From positions 170,452 to 234,451 of the forward strand of contig JAQGDQ010002388.1 in NCBI GenBank assembly GCA_030141605.1: a DNA stretch of 64,000 nt, given 5' to 3'. Under the pieces are notes generated by a model that made no database searches, was not told where the DNA came from, and saw only the letters and a program-made list of their open reading frames with translations. The DNA comes from Tubiluchus corallicola. Taxonomy: Eukaryota > Animalia > Priapulida. This document shows, one piece after another, positions 20,845 to 30,758 of the stretch (the stretch's first letter is position 1; each line of letters opens with the position of its first letter). The translations under genes and the position numbers were made by a program.

Positions 20845-20899
20845 ACTTCACCCTTATTACTTTAAGATATACTGAAAGTAAATGCCTCTACCGTCATAT

Positions 20900-21406
20900 C
20901 TACTTACTCAATTTTCTATACAGATGTTCTGCAACAGATTGAGAAACAAATGGTTGTATATCCCCCCCTAAACGAGCGACTTCCTTAACAAAACGCGATG
21001 CTATAAGTTGGTGGCTGTCAGAAGCCATAAGAAAAACTGTCTCAACATCTGAGGCAATCCTTGCGTTCATTCCCGCCATTTGAAATTCGTAATCAAAATC
21101 AGAAACAGCTCGAAGGCCTCTAATAATCATGCAGGAATCATAAGAGCGAACAAAATCAACTAATAACGTTGAAAATGGGGTAATCTCTATTCTCTCTGAC
21201 AATGATGATGATAATGAAGAAATCTCATTATCCAACATACAAACACGCTCATTAATTGAAAAAGTCGGATTCTTTAATTCATTAACTGCAACTCCTACAA
21301 CTAAATAATCAACCAGTTTTAAAGCCCGGCAAATAATATCCATATGCCCAAGAGTCACTGGATCAAAAGTCCCCGGGTAAATTCCAACACGTCGCTGCAA
21401 AGCCAT
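20900..21406 (-). CDS. coaD: Pantetheine-phosphate adenylyltransferase
   Basis: YPGTFDPVTLGH, RGLRAVSDFDYE. Confidence 0.96.
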   Translation of the reverse strand: MALQRRVGIYPGTFDPVTLGHMDIICRALKLVDYLVVGVAVNELKNPTFSINERVCMLDNEISSLSSSLSERIEITPFSTLLVDFVRSYDSCMIIRGLRAVSDFDYEFQMAGMNARIASDVETVFLMASDSHQLIASRFVKEVARLGGDIQPFVSQSVAEHLYRKLSK

Positions 21407-21432
21407 AAATTTTTACTTTATCCTCTTAAATT

Positions 21433-24153
21433 CTATTCACACATATCACTTTCCGAAGAAATTTCTTCAAAATCATTATCGTCGCTATTCTCTTCACGCA
21501 GCCGCGTAACAGAAACAACTTCTTCCTTTTCCGCAACACGGAACAAGGTCACTCCCTGTGTACGACGCGCAGCTATACGAATATCATTAACAGGGCAGCG
21601 AATAATCTGGCCGCCATTGCTAATCATAACAATATGATTTCCATCTACAACCGAAAAAGCGGCAACAACTTCACCTGTCTTTTCTGTTCGATCAAGGCAT
21701 GCTAAGCCACGGCCACCACGACCTGTAACTCGATAATCCCAAGAAGATGTTCGTTTACCAAAGCCATTTGCTGTAATTGTCAGAATAAATTCTTCATTTT
21801 CTGAAAACCAACATAACTCCTCTTGCGCCAAACCTATATCTTCTACCTCTTCTTTTTCAAAAGATTCCCGACGCTTCCGTGATGCATAACGAAGCCATGC
21901 GTCTTTTTTCTCAGAAGAAACAGAACCCATATGCTTTAAGCCTGACATTCCAATAACATAGTCTCCCTCTGTTAAACGAATCCCCCGAACACCAAGAGAG
22001 TTTCGACTCGCAAATATACGTGTTTTAGTAACAGGAAAACGAATACAATACCCCATGCGCGTATTAAGAAAAATATCTTCATCTTCTGTAAAAGCCCGAA
22101 CACGAACAAGATGGTCGCCCTCTGGTAGCTTCATTGCAATCTTGCCATTAACACGAACTCCCGTAAAATCACTTAAACGATTCCGACGAACATGTCCAGA
22201 CGCTGTTGCAAAAACTGCGTACATATCCTTCCAACTGTCTTCATTCTCTGGCAAAAGCATAACTGTTGAAATAGTCTCATTTTTTGATAAAGGCAGCATA
22301 TTTACTAAAGCACGCCCTTTTGATTGCGGCGTTCCAGGCGGAATCTTCCACACCTTCATCTTGTAAACCATTCCCAAAGAAGAGAAAAATAAAACTGGCG
22401 TATGTGTGTTAGCAATAAACACATCACTGACAAAATCTTCTTCGCGAGTAGCCATCCCTGTACGCCCCTTTCCACCCCGACGCTGCGCTCGATAAATATT
22501 CAATGGAACACGCTTTATATAACCGTTACTACTAACCGTGACAACCATATCCTCTTTCTGAATTAAATCCTCATCCTCAAAATCACTGTCAGATTCAACA
22601 ATCTCTGTTCGGCGAGGTGTTGAAAACTGCTCTCGAACTTCGAGAAGCTCCTCTTTTAAAATTTCTAATAAATACTCTCGAGACTGAAGTATATTCAAAT
22701 ATTCCTTAATTTCTTCTCCCAAAGCATAAAGATCATCACCAATCTTCTGCCGCTCAAGGCCTGTCAAACGATTTAAACGTAATTCTAAAATTGCACGTGC
22801 TTGCTTTTCTGAAAGTAAATATTCTCCATTTTCATACTGATGCCCTGATTCCGCCAATAAATTAATAAACCCCTCAATATCAGATGCGGGCCAACAATGC
22901 GCCATTAACTGTTCACGCGCAATCTGCGGATTATTGGCTTTCCGAATTAAACTAATGACTTCATCAATATTCGCAACAGCAACCGATAAACCTACTAATA
23001 TATGAGCACGAGCTCGTGCTTTATTTAAAAGAAAAACTGTTCGGCGACGAATAACAAGTTCTCTAAAACGCAAAAACGCCGACAAAATATCCTTTAAATT
23101 CATTAACTCTGGGCGCCCATTATTCAACGCAAGCATATTGACTGAAAAAAACGTCTGCAGATTTGTATTTCGGTATAGCTGATTAAGAACAACTCCCGTT
23201 TCAAAGCCTTTCCGAACCTCAATAACAACACGAACCCCTGAACGATCAGACTCATCACGAATATCCGTTATACCTTCAACACGCTTTTCTCGAACACAAG
23301 CCGCAATTTGCTCAATCATATTCGCTTTATTAACCAAATAAGGAATTTCCGTAATAATAATCGCTTCACGAGCTTGGCTAATATGTTCAATGTGTGTGCA
23401 TCCCCGCATAATAATACTGCCACGACCTGTCCGAAATGCCGATAAAATACCGCTTCTTCCTAAAATTTGCCCTCCCGTCGGAAAATCCGGACCTGCAATC
23501 GACCCTTGAACCAATTCATCAATAGATACATCCGGATTTGCAATTAACACACAACATGCATCTATAAGCTCTCCAATATTATGCGGCGGTATATTCGTCG
23601 CCATACCAACCGCAATTCCACTTGCACCATTGGCAAGTAGATTAGGAAAACGTGCAGGCAAAACAGCTGGTTCCGACATCGTCTCATCATAATTTGGATG
23701 AAAGTCAACCGTATTCTTGCCTATATCCTCAATTAAAAGATGCGCCGAAGCCGCCATGCGTGCTTCTGTATAACGCATTGCTGCTGGCGGGTCACCATCC
23801 ATAGAGCCAAAATTACCTTGCCCATCAATCAATGGCAGGCGCATAGAAAAATATTGTGCCAGACGAACCATCGAATCATAAATCGCCTTATCACCATGCG
23901 GGTGATATTTACCCATAACATCACCAACAATACGTGCAGATTTTCGGTAAGGTTGCTTTTGAACATAACCATTTTCATACATTGTATAAATAATACGACG
24001 ATGCACTGGCTTAAGGCCGTCACAAACATCAGGCAATGCCCGACTTACAATTACGCTCATCGCATAGTCAAGATACGAACGACGCATCTCATCTTCTATA
24101 TTTGCCAAAGCGATATTATATGGCTGATTTTTTTCTAATACTTCCTGTACCAA
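21433..24153 (-). CDS. gyrA: DNA gyrase subunit A
   Basis: [24 protein letters not shown] active Tyr, GyrA box QRRGGKG. Confidence 0.98.
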   Translation of the reverse strand: MVQEVLEKNQPYNIALANIEDEMRRSYLDYAMSVIVSRALPDVCDGLKPVHRRIIYTMYENGYVQKQPYRKSARIVGDVMGKYHPHGDKAIYDSMVRLAQYFSMRLPLIDGQGNFGSMDGDPPAAMRYTEARMAASAHLLIEDIGKNTVDFHPNYDETMSEPAVLPARFPNLLANGASGIAVGMATNIPPHNIGELIDACCVLIANPDVSIDELVQGSIAGPDFPTGGQILGRSGILSAFRTGRGSIIMRGCTHIEHISQAREAIIITEIPYLVNKANMIEQIAACVREKRVEGITDIRDESDRSGVRVVIEVRKGFETGVVLNQLYRNTNLQTFFSVNMLALNNGRPELMNLKDILSAFLRFRELVIRRRTVFLLNKARARAHILVGLSVAVANIDEVISLIRKANNPQIAREQLMAHCWPASDIEGFINLLAESGHQYENGEYLLSEKQARAILELRLNRLTGLERQKIGDDLYALGEEIKEYLNILQSREYLLEILKEELLEVREQFSTPRRTEIVESDSDFEDEDLIQKEDMVVTVSSNGYIKRVPLNIYRAQRRGGKGRTGMATREEDFVSDVFIANTHTPVLFFSSLGMVYKMKVWKIPPGTPQSKGRALVNMLPLSKNETISTVMLLPENEDSWKDMYAVFATASGHVRRNRLSDFTGVRVNGKIAMKLPEGDHLVRVRAFTEDEDIFLNTRMGYCIRFPVTKTRIFASRNSLGVRGIRLTEGDYVIGMSGLKHMGSVSSEKKDAWLRYASRKRRESFEKEEVEDIGLAQEELCWFSENEEFILTITANGFGKRTSSWDYRVTGRGGRGLACLDRTEKTGEVVAAFSVVDGNHIVMISNGGQIIRCPVNDIRIAARRTQGVTLFRVAEKEEVVSVTRLREENSDDNDFEEISSESDMCE

Positions 24154-24267
24154 TTGTAAAGTTCCTGCTTTCTATAAAAATTAAAACTCTATATGAACAT
24201 AATACCTTTGTAGAGTCTATTGATAATCCTATCCAAATTAAAAAAACAAAAAATACTTGCACTTTTT

Positions 24268-25212
24268 TTAGAATAGTTCCTGAGGAAGATGAAATCTAAC
24301 ATTTTCGAAATCTCCCTCCATATCAATAATATGAACGGAAAAATATAACCGTAGATACTCTAGAAACGTTTCCACCATTACTGCTGGTGCAGAAGCTCCA
24401 GCAGATACAACAATCCGTGAACAACTATTTAATAAAGTGTAACAAAAAGATTGAATATCATCAACCAAATAGGCATTATATCCTTTCTTTTCCGCTATCT
24501 CTCTAAGCCTATTAGAATTTGAGCTACTTGCAGACCCCATAATAACAATAGCATCAGGATGATAAACTTCCAAAGAACGGTGAATTGCCTGTTGGCGATT
24601 TTGAGTCGCATAACAAATATTTTTTAAATCTGGGCCAATAATATCTGTAAAAAATCCCTCTAAAGTCTTAATTAACTCCCTTGTTTCATCTAAACTTAAC
24701 GTTGTTTGCGTAACATAGGCAACGGGCTTATCTTTCAAAAATGATAGACTTTGTAAGTCATCAATAGAATCAATAACATATATATCGCCTGAAACCTGCC
24801 CCTCCGTACCAATAACTTCTGGGTGGCCTTTATGCCCAATTAATAAAATTGTTCGACCTTGTGAGCTTTGGCGTTGTGCATCTCGGTGAACACGTTTTAC
24901 CAATGGGCATGTTGCATCAACAACATAAAGATGACGAGAGTGCGCACGCTCTTCAATAAAACGAGAAACTCCATGAGCACTGTAAATAAGAACACTTCCC
25001 TCAGGTACATCATCAACATCTGTAACAAAAATCGTGCCTTTGCTTTTCAATGAAGAAACAACCCATTGATTATGGACAATCTCATTGTGAACATAAACGG
25101 GTGCAGAAAATTTATCTAAAGAACGTTCAACAATAGAAATTGCACGAGCAACACCAGCACAGAAACCCCGAGGATTAGCAAGAACAACTTCTAATACCGA
25201 TTTCTCTCCCAT
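24268..25212 (-). CDS. ispH: 4-hydroxy-3-methylbut-2-enyl diphosphate reductase
   Basis: PRGFCAGV, SAHGV, DATCPLV, ICYATQNRQ, SSNS, GASAP. Confidence 0.96.
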   Translation of the reverse strand: MGEKSVLEVVLANPRGFCAGVARAISIVERSLDKFSAPVYVHNEIVHNQWVVSSLKSKGTIFVTDVDDVPEGSVLIYSAHGVSRFIEERAHSRHLYVVDATCPLVKRVHRDAQRQSSQGRTILLIGHKGHPEVIGTEGQVSGDIYVIDSIDDLQSLSFLKDKPVAYVTQTTLSLDETRELIKTLEGFFTDIIGPDLKNICYATQNRQQAIHRSLEVYHPDAIVIMGSASSSNSNRLREIAEKKGYNAYLVDDIQSFCYTLLNSCSRIVVSAGASAPAVMVETFLEYLRLYFSVHIIDMEGDFENVRFHLPQELF

Positions 25213-25224
25213 AAATAGTGCCGC

Positions 25225-26625
25225 CTAATTTCCCGTCATAATACGCTCAACAAGCTGTGAAATTGTCGGCATAAAGCCATCAGCATAAAAAGGATCTAAT
25301 GCAAAACGAAAAGCACTTTTTCCTGAAAATAGAAGCGCATGATCAATATCACGATTATGAATTGCATTTTGAAGTGCTTTTTGAATACAAAAAGAACGTG
25401 GATCCGGAATTATCCCCGTTGTTCCACTTTCATTATCCGCCCAATTGCTGAAACGACACATACTTAAACACCCCATACAGTCAGTTTGGTTTTTCCGAAT
25501 TGAATGAGCTTTTTCTTCTGTCACAAAAATAACTGTTCCATCCGGTGTCCATAAAGGATATTTAAAACCAGCAGACTTCCACTCTAAAACCTTCGAAACA
25601 TCTGATGGTCGTATATAAATAAAGCGTCCCGAGCGATTTAAAGAAATACCATGAGAAAACTCATCTGTTTTATTCCGGCTTGCATCAATTTGGCGTTTAT
25701 TACGTTCCTCAAGCTCCTTAATAAAACTGTTTCGAATCGCTATTGAATAAAACCCCGTTGGGCTAAAACGATTCAATACAATATCTTCTGGTTTTAAATC
25801 GGATAAAATTTGTTTCCATTCATTTGGTATTGGGCTCTCCTGTGTTAAAAGAGGGCGTGTCCCAAATTGAAACGCAATAGGGCCAAGTTCTGGGTTACCT
25901 ATACAATCTGACCAGTCTTCTAAATGCCAAACACCACCTGCTATAATGAGAGGCACCCGCTCAAGCCCAAATTTATTCATCACAGAACGTATTTCAATAA
26001 GGCGTTTCAAGGGAGATTCTGGAGAATCAACATCCTCTGCATTTGTTAAACCAACATGCCCTCCTGCCAGCCAAGGATCTTCATAAACAACACCTCCTAA
26101 AAATTCTGGGTTTTTCTTATAAGAACGCATCCATAAAATCTTAAAAGCACGAGCTGAAGAAATAATCGGATAGTACCAGACTTTATATCGACTTGCAATC
26201 TCCGGCAAAGCAAACGGCATTCCTGCTCCACATGTGATTCCGTCAATAAGACCGCGCGCGCCTGATAAAATTTCTTCAATAATAGGACGAGCACCTCCCG
26301 CCTCCCAAAGAATGTTCATATGAACAGATCCACGTCCTCCAGAACAATCATGCGCTATCTGAGCCTGTGTAACTCCTCCCTTGATCGCATAACGAATAAG
26401 TTGTGAGAATTTCTCACGGCGTGTTTGTAAGGGGTCATATATCTGAGGAACCAAGTTCCCTTCCTTATCGTAATATCCCGCATTAACAGCTGAAAATGTT
26501 CCGACCGCACCACTTGAAGCAAAAGAACCTGCCGTTAGCCCATTAGATACACCTATACCTTTACCACCCTCTACTACAGGAAGAACTTCCTTTCCTGATA
26601 TCATAACCGAATCAATAGCTTTCAC
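25225..26625 (-). CDS. Nitronate monooxygenase-like FMN oxidoreductase with C-terminal Cys cluster
   Basis: VEGGKGIG, CGAGMP, EDPWLAGGH, IAGGVW, FQFGTR; CMGCLSMC...FC motif; GTG start. Confidence 0.82.
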   Translation of the reverse strand: MKAIDSVMISGKEVLPVVEGGKGIGVSNGLTAGSFASSGAVGTFSAVNAGYYDKEGNLVPQIYDPLQTRREKFSQLIRYAIKGGVTQAQIAHDCSGGRGSVHMNILWEAGGARPIIEEILSGARGLIDGITCGAGMPFALPEIASRYKVWYYPIISSARAFKILWMRSYKKNPEFLGGVVYEDPWLAGGHVGLTNAEDVDSPESPLKRLIEIRSVMNKFGLERVPLIIAGGVWHLEDWSDCIGNPELGPIAFQFGTRPLLTQESPIPNEWKQILSDLKPEDIVLNRFSPTGFYSIAIRNSFIKELEERNKRQIDASRNKTDEFSHGISLNRSGRFIYIRPSDVSKVLEWKSAGFKYPLWTPDGTVIFVTEEKAHSIRKNQTDCMGCLSMCRFSNWADNESGTTGIIPDPRSFCIQKALQNAIHNRDIDHALLFSGKSAFRFALDPFYADGFMPTISQLVERIMTGN

Positions 26626-26685
26626 GTATTCTTCCTATCACATCTATATATCAATATTTTGCTAACTTGATCAAACTCTTAGAAT

Positions 26686-28815
26686 CTATTCTTTCGCTAT
26701 CTCCTCTCCTGTCTCTTGGTTAACAAATTTCATTGATAATTTAAACTTTCCACGATTATCAATACCTATCAGTTTTACAAAAACCTTTTCCTCTTCTGAA
26801 ACAATATCTCTGACATGATTTACACGCTCTGGTTTCAATTCACTAATATGTACAAGACCATCATAGTTTCCAAAAAAGTTCACAAACGCGCCAAATTCCA
26901 TAATTTTAACAACTTTCCCAAGATAAATTACACCTACCTCAGGTTCACCAACAATTTGGTTGATTTTTTCTAATGCTAATTCTATAGATTTTTGATTTAA
27001 CCCTGATACATTTACAATACCTGTATCTTCAATATCAATCTTCACTTCCATTGTTTCACAAAGTTCTCGAATAACTTTACCACCAGGGCCAATAAGGTCT
27101 CGTATCTTTTCACGATTAATTTCTATCGTCTTAATTCTAGGTGCATGTGGGCTCACATCATCACGCGCACTTTCAATAACTTGATTCATAATACCTAAAA
27201 TATGTAAACGCCCTTCACGAGCTTGGTTAAGCGCTACTTTCATAATTTCTGATGTTATAGAAGTAATTTTTATATCCATTTGTAAGGCGGTAATTCCTTC
27301 TTCTGTACCCGCAACTTTAAAGTCCATATCCCCTAAATGATCCTCATCACCAAGAATATCCGACAAAACAACGTATTCTTCATCTTCCTTAATCAACCCC
27401 ATTGCAATTCCCGCAACAGGACGCACTAAAGGAACACCCGCATCCATCAAAGATAAAGATGTACCACAAACTGTCGCCATGGAAGAAGAGCCATTAGATT
27501 CTGTAATTTCAGAAACAACACGAACCGTATAAGGAAACCCATCTTTTTTAGGTAATAAAGGATTTAAAGAACGCCAAGCTAGCTTTCCATGGCCAATCTC
27601 ACGTCTGCCCGGCGCACGAAGCATACCAACCTCTCCAACAGAATAAGGTGGAAAGTTATAATGCAACAAAAAATTCTGACGACAATCTCCTAATAAATCA
27701 TCTACAATCTGTTCATCTTCGGCTGTTCCCAATGTTGTGACAACAAGAGCCTGTGTTTCTCCACGTGTAAATAAGGCACTTCCATGAGTCCGTGGTAAAA
27801 TACCAACCTGAATATCCAAAGGACGAACAGTCTTTAAATCACGTCCATCAATCCGAATTTTCGTGTCTAAAAGCTCACTACGAACAATCCTCTTTTCTAA
27901 TTCTTTTAAAACAGAGGGAACAAATGACTCCACAAGAGCCTGAGAAAAATGCTCATTTTCACTTAGGTTTTCTAACACTTGATTCTTAACTTCAGAGACT
28001 TTCTCAAGGCGTTCCAACTTAACAGTTTCCTTATAAGCATCTTTTAAAGAACTTGTTGCCATATTGGCTACAAAGGTAGAAATTTTTTCCTTTTCCTCTT
28101 TTTCTTCATCTTCAGGAATCAACCAAGGATCTTTCGCGCAAAGCTCTGCTAACTCTATAATCATATCAATCACAGGCTGAAAGGATTCATAGCCAAAATT
28201 TATCGCGCCTAACATAACGTCTTCCGACAATTCACACGCCTCAGATTCAACCATTAACACACCTTGCTGCGTACCAGCAACAACAAGATCAAGCAAAGTT
28301 CCTTCGCGCTGCTCCATAGTTGGATTTAAAATATAGTCTCCATCCTGATAACTTACACGACAAGATCCAATTGGCCCTAAAAACGGTATACCTGATAAAG
28401 TCAAAGCTGCAGAAGCTCCGATCATCGCTGCAATATCAGGATCATTTTCATTATCATATGCTATAGTTGTCAAAATTATTTGTGTCTCATTCCGAAATTG
28501 CGGAGCAAAAAGAGGACGTATCGGACGGTCAATCAAACGTGAAATCAACGTCTCACGTTCAGAAGGGCGACTCTCTCTCTTATAAAAACCACCAGGAATA
28601 CGACCTGTTGCATACATTCTTTCTTGATAATTAACTGTTAAAGGAAAAAAATCAATTCCAATACGAGGTTTTTTTTCTGCTGTTGCTGTCGCTAAAACTT
28701 TACTTTCTCCATAGGTCACCAAAACAGAGGCATCTGCTTGCCTCGCTATTTTGCCTGTTTCAATAACTAACTGTTTTCCGCCCCAACTCATTTTTTTCTT
28801 ATATTCACAAAACAT
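26686..28815 (-). CDS. pnp: Polyribonucleotide nucleotidyltransferase
   Basis: [33 protein letters not shown] and S1 domains. Confidence 0.98.
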   Translation of the reverse strand: MFCEYKKKMSWGGKQLVIETGKIARQADASVLVTYGESKVLATATAEKKPRIGIDFFPLTVNYQERMYATGRIPGGFYKRESRPSERETLISRLIDRPIRPLFAPQFRNETQIILTTIAYDNENDPDIAAMIGASAALTLSGIPFLGPIGSCRVSYQDGDYILNPTMEQREGTLLDLVVAGTQQGVLMVESEACELSEDVMLGAINFGYESFQPVIDMIIELAELCAKDPWLIPEDEEKEEKEKISTFVANMATSSLKDAYKETVKLERLEKVSEVKNQVLENLSENEHFSQALVESFVPSVLKELEKRIVRSELLDTKIRIDGRDLKTVRPLDIQVGILPRTHGSALFTRGETQALVVTTLGTAEDEQIVDDLLGDCRQNFLLHYNFPPYSVGEVGMLRAPGRREIGHGKLAWRSLNPLLPKKDGFPYTVRVVSEITESNGSSSMATVCGTSLSLMDAGVPLVRPVAGIAMGLIKEDEEYVVLSDILGDEDHLGDMDFKVAGTEEGITALQMDIKITSITSEIMKVALNQAREGRLHILGIMNQVIESARDDVSPHAPRIKTIEINREKIRDLIGPGGKVIRELCETMEVKIDIEDTGIVNVSGLNQKSIELALEKINQIVGEPEVGVIYLGKVVKIMEFGAFVNFFGNYDGLVHISELKPERVNHVRDIVSEEEKVFVKLIGIDNRGKFKLSMKFVNQETGEEIAKE

Positions 28816-28941
28816 CTAAATAATACCCTTCAGTAAAAAATTTTAAATATCTACATCTGCCCTTACATCATAAAAATACTAGAAAAACTACAACACGAAA
28901 AACAGAAAATAAACACTATTATCCCAAAATAACCAATAATA

Positions 28942-29211
28942 CTAGCGGCGTAATCCTAAACGATTAATTGTTGTTGTATACCGCTTGTAATCCTTTCGCT
29001 TCATATAATCCAAAAGACTACGTCGTTTACCAACCATGATTAAAAGGCCTCGACGAGAATGAAAATCTTTCTTATGGACTTTTAAATGCTCTGTAAGATT
29101 GGCTATACGAGCAGTTAACAACGCAACCTGAACCTCTGGAGAACCTGTATCTCCATCTGTAACAGCATATTCTTTAATTAATTCACTTTTGTGACTATTC
29201 ACTATCGACAT
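28942..29211 (-). CDS. rpsO: 30S ribosomal protein S15
   Basis: [24 protein letters not shown]; GAGG SD before ATG 29211 (89 aa). Confidence 0.97.
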   Translation of the reverse strand: MSIVNSHKSELIKEYAVTDGDTGSPEVQVALLTARIANLTEHLKVHKKDFHSRRGLLIMVGKRRSLLDYMKRKDYKRYTTTINRLGLRR

Positions 29212-29242
29212 CTTATCCTCCTTACTTTTACACTCTAAATCA

Positions 29243-30175
29243 TTATGATAATAAATTAAAAACACGACGGGATTTAAAATAATCTTCCTCTAAAACAGCA
29301 AGAGCGACAAGGCACCCTTCATGATGAAGCTGAAATAACGTACCTGGAAGCATATAGCAACAATTATTCCGTAAAAAAATATCTTGCGTTTTCAAACGTT
29401 GTCCTCGCAGTACGCATAAAACTTCATCTTCCTCCAGCACAAGTGCCGGGATGTCGTCCAGCACAATATGCACAGGCAATAAAGCCTCTTTTAAATCTTC
29501 AAGGGTCAATATACCACAATTCTCAAAAGAAACAGCATTTTTTTCACAAAAAGAACCCACACGCTCACGCTTCAAAGAACGAACATACCCATAACATCCT
29601 AAACGATCGCCCATATCACGTGCTAAAGAGCGAATATAAAACCCTTTCCCTGTAACGGCACGAAAAATTGCACTGTTACTATCGGGTATCTCAATGCATT
29701 CCAAAGAATCAATAAAAACCTGCCTAGATTTCAGTTCAACACTTTGACCAGAACGCATTAAAGCATATGCACGTTTCCCACACTGTTTAATCGCAGAATA
29801 AGAGGGAGGAGTTTGCTCAATTGTTCCACAAAATAGTGGTAAAATCGCAAAAATATCTTCAGCAGAAGGACGAGCATAAGAAGAAGCCTCTATCTCTCCT
29901 TCTTCATCATCTGTAAAACGTTTTTCACCCCAGCAAACTTGAAATCTGTAAACTTTTCGCTGCTCTATCATCCAAGAAACTGTTTTTGTCGCCTCACCAA
30001 GAGCAATTGGCAAGATCCCGCTCGCCAGGGGATCTAAAGTTCCGCCATGCCCAACCTTACGAATTCCGACTATTTTTCGAATAGATTGAACAACCGAAAA
30101 AGAAGAAATACCTGACGGCTTATAAACAGATAACCAACCATGAAAAGCAGATTCTTCTCTTATAGATAGCGTCAT
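29243..30175 (-). CDS. truB: tRNA pseudouridine(55) synthase
   Basis: [32 protein letters not shown]. Confidence 0.95.
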   Translation of the reverse strand: MTLSIREESAFHGWLSVYKPSGISSFSVVQSIRKIVGIRKVGHGGTLDPLASGILPIALGEATKTVSWMIEQRKVYRFQVCWGEKRFTDDEEGEIEASSYARPSAEDIFAILPLFCGTIEQTPPSYSAIKQCGKRAYALMRSGQSVELKSRQVFIDSLECIEIPDSNSAIFRAVTGKGFYIRSLARDMGDRLGCYGYVRSLKRERVGSFCEKNAVSFENCGILTLEDLKEALLPVHIVLDDIPALVLEEDEVLCVLRGQRLKTQDIFLRNNCCYMLPGTLFQLHHEGCLVALAVLEEDYFKSRRVFNLLS

Positions 30176-30223
30176 AAAAACTTCTCTTTTTCTTGAAAGC
30201 TATATAAAGTATTAGCTTTCTTC

Positions 30224-30622
30224 CTATTCCTCATCAGACTCTTTATTTTCAGAAACATACGTTTGCTTTAGCAGCAGTGACATTGCATCTGCTTTATCAA
30301 AAACTGTCTCTAACTTGAATTCTAAAGATGGCAAATACTTTAAGGTAACTTTATCCGCCAACCGGCTACGGAAAAACCCACACGCACGATATAACGACTC
30401 CAAAAGCAGTTCTTGATTCTCTCCGCCTAATGGATAAACAAAAGCTGTCGCAGAACTTAAATTAGGGCTAATCTGAACTTCTGTAACAATAATCGTAGTC
30501 GACGATAAAACAGGATCAATAAAATGTTCTTCCTGAAATATTTCTACAAGTGCAATACGTAAAATCTCTCCAACCCTTAGTTGCCGTAAAGAACGATCTT
30601 TACTTGCTACATAACGTCCCAT
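30224..30622 (-). CDS. rbfA: Ribosome-binding factor A
   Basis: RQLRVGE, VTEVQISPNL, LKYLPSLEF; between infB and truB. Confidence 0.93.
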   Translation of the reverse strand: MGRYVASKDRSLRQLRVGEILRIALVEIFQEEHFIDPVLSSTTIIVTEVQISPNLSSATAFVYPLGGENQELLLESLYRACGFFRSRLADKVTLKYLPSLEFKLETVFDKADAMSLLLKQTYVSENKESDEE

Positions 30623-30758
30623 AATCTCATCTCTCTATTTCATTTCCTATGAGTTTCGCACCCATCTTAACTTTTAACTATATTTAGGTTTATAGAAAGG
30701 AATCAGATTTAAGAAAAAGGAAAAACCATAAGAAAATTAGGTACAAAAAAGCTTTATA

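Noticed and set aside
19936-20900. Prophage around the CI-like repressor
   Set aside because: No cro, integrase, or structural or replication phage genes; flanked by the dsbD-like gene and coaD
30195-30220. GAAAGCTA/TAGCTTTC inverted repeat between rbfA and truB
   Set aside because: AT-rich stem with a 10-nt loop and no U-tract on the coding strand; too weak to call
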